DNA of 64,000 nt. Origin: Bacteroidales bacterium (lineage in GTDB: Bacteria > Bacteroidota > Bacteroidia > Bacteroidales > UBA10428). The DNA is taken from contig JAFGEO010000118.1 in NCBI GenBank assembly GCA_016931575.1, forward strand, positions 15,457 to 79,456. The letters are read 5' to 3'. How positions within the stretch are numbered: position 1 is the stretch's first letter; each line of letters begins with the position of its first letter. Below the pieces are notes generated by a model, which did no database searches, was not told the DNA's origin, and was given only the letters and a program-made list of their open reading frames with translations. The translations under genes and the position numbers were made by a program. Below, in pieces: positions 19,049 through 29,379 of the stretch.

Positions 19049-19917
19049 TTAAAATAGAACCTAAGGATACAGCAATTTTATTGATGCACTGTCCGGACAG
19101 AAAAGGATTGGTAGTGCACGTTACAGAATTCATTGATAATAATAACGGAAACATTATCAGTCTGGATGAACATGTGGACCGCGAGGAAGGAATTTTCTTC
19201 ATGCGGATTGAGTGGGAACTGGGTGGATTTCTGATTCCACGGGATAAAATCGGGGAATTCTTTGGAACACAGATAGCTGCAAAGTTTAACATGACATGGA
19301 ATATCTATTTCACAAACATAAAGCCGCGTATGGCCATCTTTGTTTCGAAGATGTCTCATTGTCTGTATGATATCCTGGCCAGGCATCATTCCGGTGAATG
19401 GGAGGTGGAGATCCCCCTGATAATCAGTAACCATTCCAATTTGGAGCCGGTCGCTAAGAAATTCAACATTCCCTTTGAGGAATTTCCTATTTCAAAGGAT
19501 AACAAGTCCGAACAGGAGAAAAAGGAGATTGCTTTACTGAAAAAGCATAAAATCAGCTTCGTCGTCCTTGCAAGGTATATGCAGATCATCAGTGACGACT
19601 TTATCAGGCAATTCCCGAATAAGATCATCAACATCCACCATTCATTCCTTCCGGCATTCCCGGGAGCCAAGCCATATCATTCGGCTTATCAGCGTGGTGT
19701 GAAGATCATCGGGGCTACGAGCCATTATGTTACTGCCGACCTGGATGCAGGCCCGATCATTGACCAGGCCGTAACCCGGATCACGCACAGGGATCCCGTA
19801 GAGAACCTGGTTATGAAGGGAAGGGATGTCGAAAAGCTGGTTTTGTCAAAAGCCATCCTGATGCACATCCAGCGCAGGACCCTGGTGTATAACAACCGCA
19901 CCATCGTCTTCGCCTGA
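19045..19917 (+). CDS. purU: Formyltetrahydrofolate deformylase
   Basis: N-terminal ACT-like domain plus a formyltransferase core (LARYMQI...[17 protein letters not shown]...[16 protein letters not shown]). The ATG overlaps the hisB stop (ATGA). Confidence 0.88.
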   Translation: MIKIEPKDTAILLMHCPDRKGLVVHVTEFIDNNNGNIISLDEHVDREEGIFFMRIEWELGGFLIPRDKIGEFFGTQIAAKFNMTWNIYFTNIKPRMAIFVSKMSHCLYDILARHHSGEWEVEIPLIISNHSNLEPVAKKFNIPFEEFPISKDNKSEQEKKEIALLKKHKISFVVLARYMQIISDDFIRQFPNKIINIHHSFLPAFPGAKPYHSAYQRGVKIIGATSHYVTADLDAGPIIDQAVTRITHRDPVENLVMKGRDVEKLVLSKAILMHIQRRTLVYNNRTIVFA

Positions 19918-19958
19918 TAGCCTTACCGCCTTACAGTCTTATAGTCTAACGATCGAAC

Positions 19959-20561
19959 ATGAAAATTGCAATTATTAAATACAATGCCGGGAACATCATG
20001 TCAGTGGATTACGCCTTGCAGCGTTTGGGAATACAGGCTGAAGTTACACAAGATCAGGAAAAGATACTTTCGGCTGATAAGGTGATCTTTCCCGGAGTAG
20101 GAGAGGCCAGTACCACGATGGCTTACCTGCGGGAACACAAACTCGATAAGCTGATCTGTTCACTCAAACAGCCTGTACTTGGCATTTGCCTGGGCATGCA
20201 GCTTATGTGCCGGCACAGCGAGGAAAACGATGTGGATTGCCTGGGCATCTTCGATGAGGATGTGGTGCGCTTCATTCCAAAGCCCGGCGAGGAAACTATT
20301 ACAAAAGTACCCCACATGGGGTGGAATGAAATCCATAGCCTTGACGCGAAGCTGTTTGACATAGGGATGGAAAAGCAATTTGTTTATTTTGTGCATAGCT
20401 ATTATGCCACCCTGGGGAATCATACCATTGCCACCACCGATTACATCCTTCCTTTCAGTGCAGCGATGCATAGGGATAATTTTTATGCTACCCAGTTCCA
20501 CCCTGAAAAGAGCGGACCTGTCGGGGCAGCAATTCTTAAAAACTTTATCGAGAAATGTTAA
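19959..20561 (+). CDS. hisH: Imidazole glycerol phosphate synthase, glutaminase subunit
   Basis: Class-I amidotransferase with GICLGMQL (catalytic Cys) and FHPEKS motifs. Confidence 0.92.
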   Translation: MKIAIIKYNAGNIMSVDYALQRLGIQAEVTQDQEKILSADKVIFPGVGEASTTMAYLREHKLDKLICSLKQPVLGICLGMQLMCRHSEENDVDCLGIFDEDVVRFIPKPGEETITKVPHMGWNEIHSLDAKLFDIGMEKQFVYFVHSYYATLGNHTIATTDYILPFSAAMHRDNFYATQFHPEKSGPVGAAILKNFIEKC

Positions 20562-21289
20562 CGATCATACCGGCAATTGACCTGATTGAGGGCAAATGTG
20601 TAAGGCTCTCCAGGGGCGATTACAAGCAGAAAAAAGTCTATAACAATGAGCCGCTGGATGTTGCGAAGCAGTTCGAAGATCATGGGCTGAAACGTCTCCA
20701 CCTGGTAGACCTGGATGGTGCCAAAGCGAAGCATGTGGTTAACTGGAAGGTGCTGGAAAAAATTGCCTTAAAGACCAGCCTCACGATTGATTTTGGAGGC
20801 GGAATCAAATCGGATGAAGACCTGAATGTCGTTTTCAATTCAGGAGCAAAGATGGCCACCATTGGCAGCGTTGCCGTGAAGGACAGAGATCTGTTTTTTA
20901 CTTGGCTTGAAAAATTTGGAGCTGAAAAGCTTATCCTGGGTGCCGATGTCAATGAACGAAAAATAGCGGTTTCAGGATGGCTGGAAGTAACCGAAATTGA
21001 CGTAACGGATTTTCTTAGCGACTACCTTGAGCGGGGAGTAACACAGGTGCTGTGTACCGATATCAGCAAGGATGGTATGCTGGAGGGAACGTCCATGGAG
21101 CTTTACAAGGAATTATCCGAAAAATTTGCCGATATGGAATTGATTGCCAGCGGGGGCGTAACCACCATGGAGGAGGTTAAGAAGCTCAATGAAATGGGGA
21201 TCTACGGGGCTATTATCGGGAAGGCGATTTATGAAGGGAGGATTAGTCTGAATGAGTTGCAGGGGTTTGTGCTTGCGGCGGAGGGGTAG
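20555..21289 (+). CDS. hisA: ProFAR isomerase
   Basis: Motifs [15 protein letters not shown]...HLVDLDGA...GGGI typical of HisA. It overlaps hisH by 7 nt. Confidence 0.9.
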   Translation: MLTIIPAIDLIEGKCVRLSRGDYKQKKVYNNEPLDVAKQFEDHGLKRLHLVDLDGAKAKHVVNWKVLEKIALKTSLTIDFGGGIKSDEDLNVVFNSGAKMATIGSVAVKDRDLFFTWLEKFGAEKLILGADVNERKIAVSGWLEVTEIDVTDFLSDYLERGVTQVLCTDISKDGMLEGTSMELYKELSEKFADMELIASGGVTTMEEVKKLNEMGIYGAIIGKAIYEGRISLNELQGFVLAAEG

Positions 21290-21388
21290 TTTTTGAGGAT
21301 TTGCCACGAGAAAAAACCTAAATTCTGCATGTCTAATAATTAGAACATCTCTTTCGGTTAATTATCTAACGATCTCGGGTTTTGAAGG

Positions 21389-21463
21389 ATGATAATTCAA
21401 AAATTAAGGGCATTATTCAAGAACTATGAGGTAGATTTTGATGAAAGATATGTTTGGGACTGA
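21389..21463 (+). pseudogene. Remnant of the C-terminus of an IS200-like/REP-associated tyrosine transposase (RAYT)
   Basis: The 24-codon ORF MIIQKLRALFKNYEVDFDERYVWD* resembles the conserved ...EEYxxLLxKxxIEYDERYIF C-terminal tail of Bacteroidota Y1 transposases. An in-frame stop lies just upstream, so the rest of the gene is absent. Confidence 0.45.
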
Positions 21464-21471
21464 ATGCTTAC

Positions 21472-21596
21472 GCCCTTGCAGGGCTTCAATAGCGTTTCCG
21501 CCATTAACAAATAGGGCTTCGCCCTATCCTGTTGCAAAGGCCCTTACAGGGCCTGCCTGCTCTCTGAGACCAGGTGCAAAAATGGTTTCCGCCATT
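21472..21596. repeat. Cluster of three short GC-rich REP-like hairpins, bracketed in part by a 12-nt direct repeat
   Basis: Three hairpins: GCCCT-tgc-AGGGC (21472-21484), ATAGGGC-ttc-GCCCTAT (21511-21527) and GGCCCT-tac-AGGGCC (21539-21553). GTTTCCGCCATT occurs at 21494-21505 and again at 21585-21596. Confidence 0.6.
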
Positions 21597-21748
21597 TAAA
21601 GTCAGAATAATCGGCCGATATGAACTATCGCCAATATAGGTTAGAACATATTAATTAAAAAGTTTTACAGCTTTTTCAACATGAGACATGCGGATTTTAG
21701 ATAAAATCTCGCGGCAGCGTGCTGATTATTCATCTGCCAGAATCCTGA

Positions 21749-22747
21749 TCACTCATTTATCAGGCTGGCCCCTTCATCTGAAATGGCTATTTTCTGTTTT
21801 CCGCAACTTACACCGCATACCAGACCAAGCCCGTTCTCAACATTTGAATAGATGTTCACCGGCTGGGAGAAGGGATTATCCTGAACGTTTCGGTACCGGT
21901 ATCCTGATTGGTGATATTTATTATAGTCTGAGGGATAGGAATACAATAAAATATCGACGGTATCCGGAGTTGTAGTATAGAAATTTGCCTGCAGTTCAAA
22001 ACTGAGCTCTTTACCACTAAAGAACTCATCGGTTATGAAGCAATTCTGACAATATCCATTATTCATACTGTAATTGGTTCCAAATATTTCTGCATCTTCC
22101 TGATTTGTGAAAAATAAACCCACTCTTGAATTTCTGTGCAGCCTGTATCCCTCTTCAATTAATGAATCCCCGTAATAGCTTGACATGTGACCATACGAGT
22201 AACAGCTGTCGAAAGATGAATAGTCGTAAAAATTCTCTTTATCAGGATCGTCACGAAAATGCAATTCAAAACCAAGAGAGATATGAGTCAGATTTGTGTC
22301 AGCCTCTTCGGGAATATCTATATGGAGTATTGTGTCATGTATACTGGAATTAAAATTTCTGAGCCCAAAATCAGCAGGACTGTTTATGCTGAAACTTGCT
22401 ATGGCATCTTCCATACCTTCCGCACTTGCCACAATCCTGTACTCTGAATGATCTTCAGCTCTGTGGGTGGAATGGAAGAATCCCAGGCTGTCATAAACCA
22501 GGTTTTCCATGAAGGAATCCCCTCTATATAGTTTTACCACCGCATTCTCCAGGAAAGTGATGGAGGTATCCGGTTCAATAATGCTTTTTGTCGAGGCCAC
22601 ATTAATTACAATAATGCTGTCCTGGTAAATTAACCCATTCAGGACGATCATAGGTTTGTAATTGAGGTTTTTGATGTCAAGTTCTTTTTCGCAGGAGACG
22701 ATTAAACAGGCCAGTAACAGGAATATGAGAATGGTTCGTGATCTCAT
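21749..22747 (-). CDS. DUF4249-like lipoprotein (usual partner of CarboxypepD_reg-type TonB receptors)
   Basis: Lipobox LIVSC. The N-terminal pattern KPMIVLNGLIYQDSIIVINVASTKSI and its position directly downstream of the TonB-dependent receptor fit the known pairing. Confidence 0.6.
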   Translation of the reverse strand: MRSRTILIFLLLACLIVSCEKELDIKNLNYKPMIVLNGLIYQDSIIVINVASTKSIIEPDTSITFLENAVVKLYRGDSFMENLVYDSLGFFHSTHRAEDHSEYRIVASAEGMEDAIASFSINSPADFGLRNFNSSIHDTILHIDIPEEADTNLTHISLGFELHFRDDPDKENFYDYSSFDSCYSYGHMSSYYGDSLIEEGYRLHRNSRVGLFFTNQEDAEIFGTNYSMNNGYCQNCFITDEFFSGKELSFELQANFYTTTPDTVDILLYSYPSDYNKYHQSGYRYRNVQDNPFSQPVNIYSNVENGLGLVCGVSCGKQKIAISDEGASLINE

Positions 22748-22771
22748 GGTATCAGGGCTTAGGTTCAGATT

Positions 22772-25210
22772 CTATTTAAATTTAAAATGATAGGATATAG
22801 AGGGGATGATGGGGAACATGCCATAAGCGAATACTTTTTCACCAGCGTACTCCTGGTTCTCATAGTACGAAAGTACTTCTATCATAAAAGGATTCAAATG
22901 GCAATAGGCATTATATAATCCCAGGCTAAGTACTCTTGTTCCGTGCTTTTTTTCCTTTGTGAAGTTCACGGCAAGATCAAGGCGATGGTATGCCGGCATC
23001 CTGAAATTATTGCGATGTGAATAGTAATCGGTGTACGAGACATAATTTTTGAACGAAGGGTATCCCTGACCATCCGACCTGTATGTTATTTGAGGTTTGG
23101 TATAATCGTTTACTTCGTTATAGCTTGCAAAATTAGTGGTGGCCAGCGTAATAGCATTTCCTGTGTTATACACCCAGTTCAGGCCAAAATCGATTTTATC
23201 ATTTAGCTTATATGTTAATACCAGAGCCAGATCGTGCCTGCGATCATAGGTGAAGGGAAAAATTTCGCCATTGTCGATATCATCAAACCTTCGATTACTC
23301 CAGGACAGGGTATAGGCTAACCAGCCGTTAAGCTTTCCAACGTCTTTACGCAAGAGGAACTCCACTCCGTACGACCAGCCTTCACCCTGGGTGATTTTGT
23401 TTTCCCATACCTCTGCATCCTTTACTTCTATATTATCAAAATTCAGAAAGAGGCTGGCACCGTCCTTATATTCCACCAGGTTATCCATTTTCTTATAGTA
23501 GCCTTCAATGATCAGGTCATATTTATCTTTGAGATTGAAATTTGTGGAGATGGAATATTGCGTTGAGTTTTGTGGGAGCACTATATCGGTAGAGGGTACC
23601 CAGATATCAGTCGGGAAACCCACCGACGTTGAAGTCAGCAGGTTGACAAACTGCTTCATCCGGGAGTAGCTGGCCTTAACTGAAAAGTTCTCCGTAATCA
23701 TTGCCCTGAATGAAATCCTCGGCTCAGGGGAGATAAACAGGGTATCCCTGATATCGAAAGCAGCCAGTCGTCCTCCAATATTCATCGAAAACCGTTCGCC
23801 GAGTTGTATGTCATTTTCCATGTAAGCTGAATATTCCAAGGCCTCGATCAGACTGTTGCCATAGGTTGTGTCAAAAACCGTATTGCTGGTGATTGAAAAG
23901 GATGAAGCGGAGATACCCGGATTAAAGCGGTGATAAATTCCTGATATTCCCCAGCGCATGGTGTATGAAGGGGTAAGAATGAAGTTAAAATCCATATTGG
24001 CAGCCAGGTCATTAATGCTGGTTTTATATTCTGCAGCATTTTCGCTTTTAAAGTAACTCCACATATCGCGTTCTGTTAAACCGATATTATAATGGAATTT
24101 GGAATAAGTAAGGGAGGAATTAGCAAATAGCCGGGGCGTAAAGATATGGTTCCAGCGCAGGGCTGTAACCTGGTTTCCCCAGCTCATGCTATACTTTTCC
24201 TGATAGCCTGAGGAGTCCGTATAAAGTTCTCCAATCGTCGCATATAGTTTATCTCTCCCGTTGTAAAAACTCAGGAATAACCGGTCCCGGTCTGAAAATT
24301 TATAGTTGATTTTGGCATTCAGGTCCTCCAGAAAATATCCGGCAGTAAGCTTATCAAAATCATCACTGATCAGGCTGTAGATCCATTCTGCCGGCACCGC
24401 AATGGCATCAAGGTACGAACGGCGCCCGCTGATCATAAAGGAGCATTTATCTTTAATGATGGGGCCTTCAGTCATGATGCTGGAGGATAACAGACCAATG
24501 TTAAACGAAGTATTGTACTCCTGCATGTTTCCCTCTTTCATCCTCACATCGATGACAGAGGAAAGGTGTCCCCCATACCGGGCAGGGAAACCTCCCTTGA
24601 TGACGTCAAAATTTGAGATGGCATCGGAGTTGAAGACCGAAAAGAAGCCAAAGAGGTGATTGACATTATAAACCGGTACCCCATCGATGAGGATCAGGTT
24701 CTGATCGGGGCTACCCCCGCGGACATAAATGCCGCTGGTACCCTCTACGCCGCCTTTTATTCCCGGCAACATCTGGATGGATTTCATGATGTCTGTTTCG
24801 CCGAGGAGAACAGGCAGTTTCATGATGGTTTTCAGCGGGACCTCGATTAGTCCCATCTGGTTGTCTTTTACCGGATCTCTCCTGCTTGATATAACGACTT
24901 CTTCCAATTCAAGCACTGGATCAAGCCTGATGTTGATTACTGTATCTTTCGTGAGAAAGAATGCTTCATTGACAGGGGTATATCCAACATAAGACCATGT
25001 AAGGTTTACAGCACCTGCAGGAAGGGTAATGCTATAAAATCCGTAAGCATTGGTTGTTGCTCCAAAACGATTATTATCAGTGCTATAGATAGAAGCCCCG
25101 ATCAGGCTTTCGCTGCTTGTAGCGTCTTCTATGTAGCCACTAATGGTATACTTTTGAGCAAGGATTAGTTGGGGTACTAAAATAAACACCAGGAGGTTTA
25201 CTTTTTTCAT
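22772..25210 (-). CDS. TonB-dependent outer-membrane receptor with carboxypeptidase-regulatory-like N-terminal domain
   Basis: The YTISGYIEDATSSESLIGASIY domain, a plug region (PGIKGG...GIYVRGGSPDQNLILIDGVPVYN), and a long beta-barrel ending in an aromatic residue (...SYHFKFK). Confidence 0.88.
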   Translation of the reverse strand: MKKVNLLVFILVPQLILAQKYTISGYIEDATSSESLIGASIYSTDNNRFGATTNAYGFYSITLPAGAVNLTWSYVGYTPVNEAFFLTKDTVINIRLDPVLELEEVVISSRRDPVKDNQMGLIEVPLKTIMKLPVLLGETDIMKSIQMLPGIKGGVEGTSGIYVRGGSPDQNLILIDGVPVYNVNHLFGFFSVFNSDAISNFDVIKGGFPARYGGHLSSVIDVRMKEGNMQEYNTSFNIGLLSSSIMTEGPIIKDKCSFMISGRRSYLDAIAVPAEWIYSLISDDFDKLTAGYFLEDLNAKINYKFSDRDRLFLSFYNGRDKLYATIGELYTDSSGYQEKYSMSWGNQVTALRWNHIFTPRLFANSSLTYSKFHYNIGLTERDMWSYFKSENAAEYKTSINDLAANMDFNFILTPSYTMRWGISGIYHRFNPGISASSFSITSNTVFDTTYGNSLIEALEYSAYMENDIQLGERFSMNIGGRLAAFDIRDTLFISPEPRISFRAMITENFSVKASYSRMKQFVNLLTSTSVGFPTDIWVPSTDIVLPQNSTQYSISTNFNLKDKYDLIIEGYYKKMDNLVEYKDGASLFLNFDNIEVKDAEVWENKITQGEGWSYGVEFLLRKDVGKLNGWLAYTLSWSNRRFDDIDNGEIFPFTYDRRHDLALVLTYKLNDKIDFGLNWVYNTGNAITLATTNFASYNEVNDYTKPQITYRSDGQGYPSFKNYVSYTDYYSHRNNFRMPAYHRLDLAVNFTKEKKHGTRVLSLGLYNAYCHLNPFMIEVLSYYENQEYAGEKVFAYGMFPIIPSISYHFKFK

Positions 25211-25427
25211 AAGGCAGGACTTTCTGATATCCTTACAGTTTGGATAAATTGCTGTCAGATATCTTGTTTGATTTAGGCTTTATATAGAACTTAATGTTTG
25301 CAGAATTATTTTACTCAACGGTTGAATTATATATCTGCAAATTACATTTTATGTCGTTTGGGAAAAGTTAAAAAAGGATAATTAAAATGAAAGTATCTTA
25401 AAATGAGTGGATTTTCGACGATAAGGC

Positions 25428-26930
25428 TCAGGGAGTAATACAAACCGCCTGTCGGAAATACTCCCGGGGGATGGTTGATTTAGAAGGGTATGTGCTTATG
25501 GAAACGAGATAGATGCCCGGAGGTATACCTCTAAGGGATATTTCCAATTCATTGGGCAAACCTCCTACGTTTTGTTCTAGCAGTATCCTTCCGTCCGGAG
25601 CAAAAATGCGGATTGTTTGTGGAGTTTGGAGAGGAGACAAAACTTCTATTTTTATATACTCATTGGCTGGATTAGGGTACAGTTTAAGTTTTACCTCTTG
25701 CCTGATATCAGGCAGCAGGTCTTCAGGAAGCGGCTCATTACAATTTCCTCCAAAAAGTCCGCAAAGCCATTTGTAGGTTGAATCGCCATGCTGGAGGGTG
25801 GGTACTGCTGCCATTCCCTCAGTATAGCCGTTCCAGGGATTAAAGGATAGTCCGGCGGGCTCAATTTCTGCGAGCAGACTATCCTGGAAGAAGCGCCAGC
25901 GCCGATCGTTGCCATAAACTGGCGATGTAGGGAAAATAATGCTTGCATCGTAGCCTGAATTCAGGTCATGGATCCAGGGAATTCCGGTTTCCAGCCAGTC
26001 ATTTGTGTAATCTGCTTTCCACCGGATGAGCTCATACTCATTGCTGCTTCCCTGCCAGATTTCAGGGATAAAACACTGGATGGCCAGAATCGATGCTTGT
26101 GAGCTAAGGCAGGAACCAGTGCCTAATGGTGTGGCTTTGAAAGATCCTCCGGCATAGGAGGCAGGAGGGAGTATGTCAAGGGCAAATCCTACATGAATGC
26201 CGGTATTGTCATAAACCAGATTCGCCACGCGATCAAAGCCGTCAGCAAATTCCTGGTCGGTAATGCCTGCCTGGTTGGATGCTACGTGGATAATGGAGAT
26301 CAGGTAGCGCTCATCCCCGTTTTTATCGTACAGCCTGGCCCAGTGATCCGGCCATTGCGAATTTAACGGGTTTACCAGGTACCGGTTTACCAGGTCCTCG
26401 ATCTGTGCAGTTAGTTTGGGAGCAGGATCGCCGGAGGTTCCTGGGAAATCATCCATGAAACTAAATACTTCGTAGTTGTCGGTAGCAGCGTAAGATTCAA
26501 TGTAAGGGGCAAGCACGAGATCAGTTCCAAGTACCGCGTTGAACAGCTCATCATGCGAGGCAGTGGATGTCTGCATCGGAGCCCAGTATGCCCAGTTGTC
26601 GGTTCCGGGGAGTCCCCAATAGGAGAAGGAGACCAGGTTTACACCCGCCTCAATCATCTGGTTGATAGCATAATCACGGTTTGCCTGGCTTTCCGACCAT
26701 CCCAGGTGCCGGGCATCAGCCGGATGCATGGTATATAGCCCCGTATTGCTGGTCGGATTGAAATCGTAAAACTGGATGCCGTTCCTCCAGTTACCGCTAA
26801 AAAACATCGTAGCTTTTACGCTTTCTCCTTCGAGGTTTGGATTGGCCAGGTGGCCCCAGTAAGGACTTTGAGCAGTGGTTGGCTTCAGGCTTCCGATCAG
26901 AAGAGCCAGGAATATTATTCTGCGAACCAT
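25428..26930 (-). CDS. Secreted protein with T9SS C-terminal sorting domain; N-terminal region possibly a GH99-like TIM-barrel glycosidase
   Basis: CTD KLYPNPANEYIKIEV...GIYLVSI and signal peptide MVRRIIFLALLIGSL. The FNPWNGYTEG segment recalls the FNEWxEG motif of GH99-like enzymes, which is weak evidence. The track start at 26957 is a TTG, so I prefer the ATG at 26930. Confidence 0.6.
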   Translation of the reverse strand: MVRRIIFLALLIGSLKPTTAQSPYWGHLANPNLEGESVKATMFFSGNWRNGIQFYDFNPTSNTGLYTMHPADARHLGWSESQANRDYAINQMIEAGVNLVSFSYWGLPGTDNWAYWAPMQTSTASHDELFNAVLGTDLVLAPYIESYAATDNYEVFSFMDDFPGTSGDPAPKLTAQIEDLVNRYLVNPLNSQWPDHWARLYDKNGDERYLISIIHVASNQAGITDQEFADGFDRVANLVYDNTGIHVGFALDILPPASYAGGSFKATPLGTGSCLSSQASILAIQCFIPEIWQGSSNEYELIRWKADYTNDWLETGIPWIHDLNSGYDASIIFPTSPVYGNDRRWRFFQDSLLAEIEPAGLSFNPWNGYTEGMAAVPTLQHGDSTYKWLCGLFGGNCNEPLPEDLLPDIRQEVKLKLYPNPANEYIKIEVLSPLQTPQTIRIFAPDGRILLEQNVGGLPNELEISLRGIPPGIYLVSISTYPSKSTIPREYFRQAVCITP

Positions 26931-26997
26931 GATGGCGATGTTTGGGTGGACAAACAAAAATACAAAGTTATTAAAACTAGTTGTTTAATGTGATGTC

Positions 26998-27315
26998 TTA
27001 TTTTTCTTTTGGCTCTTTGATCAGTTCAGAAACAGGCACTATTAATTCATAAATCCACTCCTGGTCCATCCAGCTGTTATAGTGAATGTGCAGGGTGTCG
27101 TTTACGATCTTTGAGTTTAAATTGAACCGCATGTAGATCATTTCACCGCCGGTCATAGCCAGGAGCTGGCTGAGGTAATCATTTCCGGGATACATGCCGG
27201 TCCGCATGATGCGGCCCTGTAAGATAACGGTATCCGCCGGGAATGCCCACAGACCGGAAAACAAAAATATACAACTTAAAGTGCAGGCAATTCGGATGAG
27301 TAATTTTGGGATCAT
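26998..27315 (-). CDS. Small exported hypothetical protein
   Basis: 105-aa ORF with an ATG start and an N-terminal hydrophobic signal or anchor. I recognise no family. Confidence 0.45.
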   Translation of the reverse strand: MIPKLLIRIACTLSCIFLFSGLWAFPADTVILQGRIMRTGMYPGNDYLSQLLAMTGGEMIYMRFNLNSKIVNDTLHIHYNSWMDQEWIYELIVPVSELIKEPKEK

Positions 27316-27436
27316 AGGGAGTTAGTATGATGGGTGTATCGGAAGGATACATAAAACGGGTCTATTCCATAAAGTTAGCCATCAGGATTGTCTTTATTTA
27401 AACACTGTATAGTTTTCGGTAAGTTGGAACGATACG

Positions 27437-28342
27437 CTACAAACCTTCAGGAAGAACAACCGTCCCGCCTTCCATTGTTGCTTTCACGATGATCGCCTGG
27501 ATCTGAGAGCCGGTCTGGCTAATTTTTATTTTTCGACCCCGCTTATCGGTGTAAGTGAGGAAGTTATTCCCGGCTACATAATCAACCGTCCTTGAGGAGC
27601 TGCTGATTTCTTCCTTTACTATCTTAAGCTGTGCCTCAGCCATAACCGTGTCTTCATAATAGAAATCTATCCTGCTCTGCTCCTTTTCATCGAGATAAAC
27701 TGCTTCCCGGATATTAAAAATGTTTTTATGCGAGAAAAAGAAGGCTGATGACAGGGCTATTGTTCCCCGGATATATTTCACATCGCCAAGTTTAAAGCCT
27801 TGCTGAGTGTATCGGGTAATCAGGTCGGGGAGGGGTTCCGGATTGTCAATCCCGTCTGAAATTGCTCTGGCTATCCGGTCAGCCAGGGCAGAATTCCCAT
27901 CAGAGGGGGTACTCCAGCTGAGCGTTACGAAGTACTTATCCTTTTGGAGGAGCACATAGAGGTCTGTTTTGGTCAGTTGCATGTGGTCCTTGTCTGAGCT
28001 TACTTCGAATCCAGCCATCCGTGTATGCGAGAAGATGCCAAAGGCAGCAGGGACATCTGTCATTTCATAGATGTAAACTTCAATCCGGTCGCCGCTGCCA
28101 GTGAGGTATGCTGCATTCAGCACCTGGCTGAATCCGTATTCGTAATAAACATCTGCACCCCCGTTGATAAGAATGTACAGGTCATCGTAGGGGTAAACCG
28201 CAGGAGCCTTATAGGTGGTAAGGCCTTCATAAAGGGTGGTATCCGGCGCCAGGGACATGATATTATCAACTGCATGAACCGTTTGGAATGCAGTGATGAG
28301 CACAAGCAGTGAGAGGGTCTTTGTCATCATTCCGGAGATCAT
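27437..28342 (-). CDS. Exported hypothetical protein, possibly translationally coupled to the DUF362 gene
   Basis: Signal peptide ...LLVLITAFQTVHA. Its ATG overlaps the DUF362 stop (ATGA). The motif LYILINGGADVYYEYGF occurs near the N-terminus. I cannot make a confident family assignment. Confidence 0.6.
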   Translation of the reverse strand: MISGMMTKTLSLLVLITAFQTVHAVDNIMSLAPDTTLYEGLTTYKAPAVYPYDDLYILINGGADVYYEYGFSQVLNAAYLTGSGDRIEVYIYEMTDVPAAFGIFSHTRMAGFEVSSDKDHMQLTKTDLYVLLQKDKYFVTLSWSTPSDGNSALADRIARAISDGIDNPEPLPDLITRYTQQGFKLGDVKYIRGTIALSSAFFFSHKNIFNIREAVYLDEKEQSRIDFYYEDTVMAEAQLKIVKEEISSSSRTVDYVAGNNFLTYTDKRGRKIKISQTGSQIQAIIVKATMEGGTVVLPEGL

Positions 28343-29262
28343 GCTACTAAGATTTTTCTCAATTCAATATTTTCAAGTTCAGCAATGCCCAGTTGATGCG
28401 CAGCAGCATACTCTGTACTCATCACCATTCCGGGATCATACTCGAGGAAGGTGGCACAAACGGCATCCAGGGCAACCGGATCAGAACTGGCCAAAACCTT
28501 ATGTTCTTCTATAACTTCACCCGGACCATGAGGACCACTATTTATAATAAACGCTGTGGAATCAACCACTGTCAGGTCGGCCAGGCGCAGGGTATTCACA
28601 TCGGCGATGCATTGAGCCAGCCGGTTGTTGTCAGTTGGATGTTTTCCGGTGGCGCTGTGAAAGAGGACATTTGTAGCGCGTGAACAAAGCCCCATCATGT
28701 TCTTCAGGCTGCAGGTCAGAAATGCTGCGTCGTGGTGTTTGGAGATCGGAATATTGATGAGCGTGTCCAGGTCAAGCAACTCCCCGATCATTTCCGCCTC
28801 CTTCAGGATCAGGCCTTTTTCAATGGCAAATACCTTTTTCCCCTGGCTCCGCGTGGTTTTTTGAAGAAGCCCGCTATGCGATTCATAATAAGCGGATTTT
28901 TTCCAGTTGTCTTCGTTATCGGCACCGATCACCATAACTTCAGAAGCCCCTGCGTCGAAGCACATTTTCAGCACCGCAAATGAGATGTCAGGGTTGGTAT
29001 AGGTTCCGGGATTGGTGAAGTCGCCATTGATAAGCAGGCCAACCTTGCTTCCGGATGAAACAAAGCTGGAAATGCCTCCAAGGGCCTCCACGGCCTGAAC
29101 GGTTGCTTTGTAATAATCCCTTCCCTCAGCTACAATCACTTTAGCGGTGTTTTTGAGGGTAGCAGCGCTGGCTTTTCTGAACAGAGAGCCGGGAAGGAGG
29201 GACAGGGAACCGAAGGTAGCTGCCAGGTTTACAAATTTTCTTCTGGTGATCTTATTTTGCAT
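28339..29262 (-). CDS. DUF362-domain protein with twin-arginine (Tat) signal
   Basis: N-terminus MQNKITRRKFVNLAATFGSLSLLPG (the TRRKFV Tat motif). The body resembles the DUF362 family (…INIPISKHHDAAFLTCSLKNMMG…). Confidence 0.65.
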   Translation of the reverse strand: MQNKITRRKFVNLAATFGSLSLLPGSLFRKASAATLKNTAKVIVAEGRDYYKATVQAVEALGGISSFVSSGSKVGLLINGDFTNPGTYTNPDISFAVLKMCFDAGASEVMVIGADNEDNWKKSAYYESHSGLLQKTTRSQGKKVFAIEKGLILKEAEMIGELLDLDTLINIPISKHHDAAFLTCSLKNMMGLCSRATNVLFHSATGKHPTDNNRLAQCIADVNTLRLADLTVVDSTAFIINSGPHGPGEVIEEHKVLASSDPVALDAVCATFLEYDPGMVMSTEYAAAHQLGIAELENIELRKILVA

Positions 29263-29379
29263 TGTCGGCTTTTTTTGTTGATAAACAAATATAGGATTTT
29301 CTTAATCTGATTATCATTTTTTAACAGGATCTGATAGTAACAATAACGATATCTTTTTCATTTTTTAAGCTGAGTAGGC

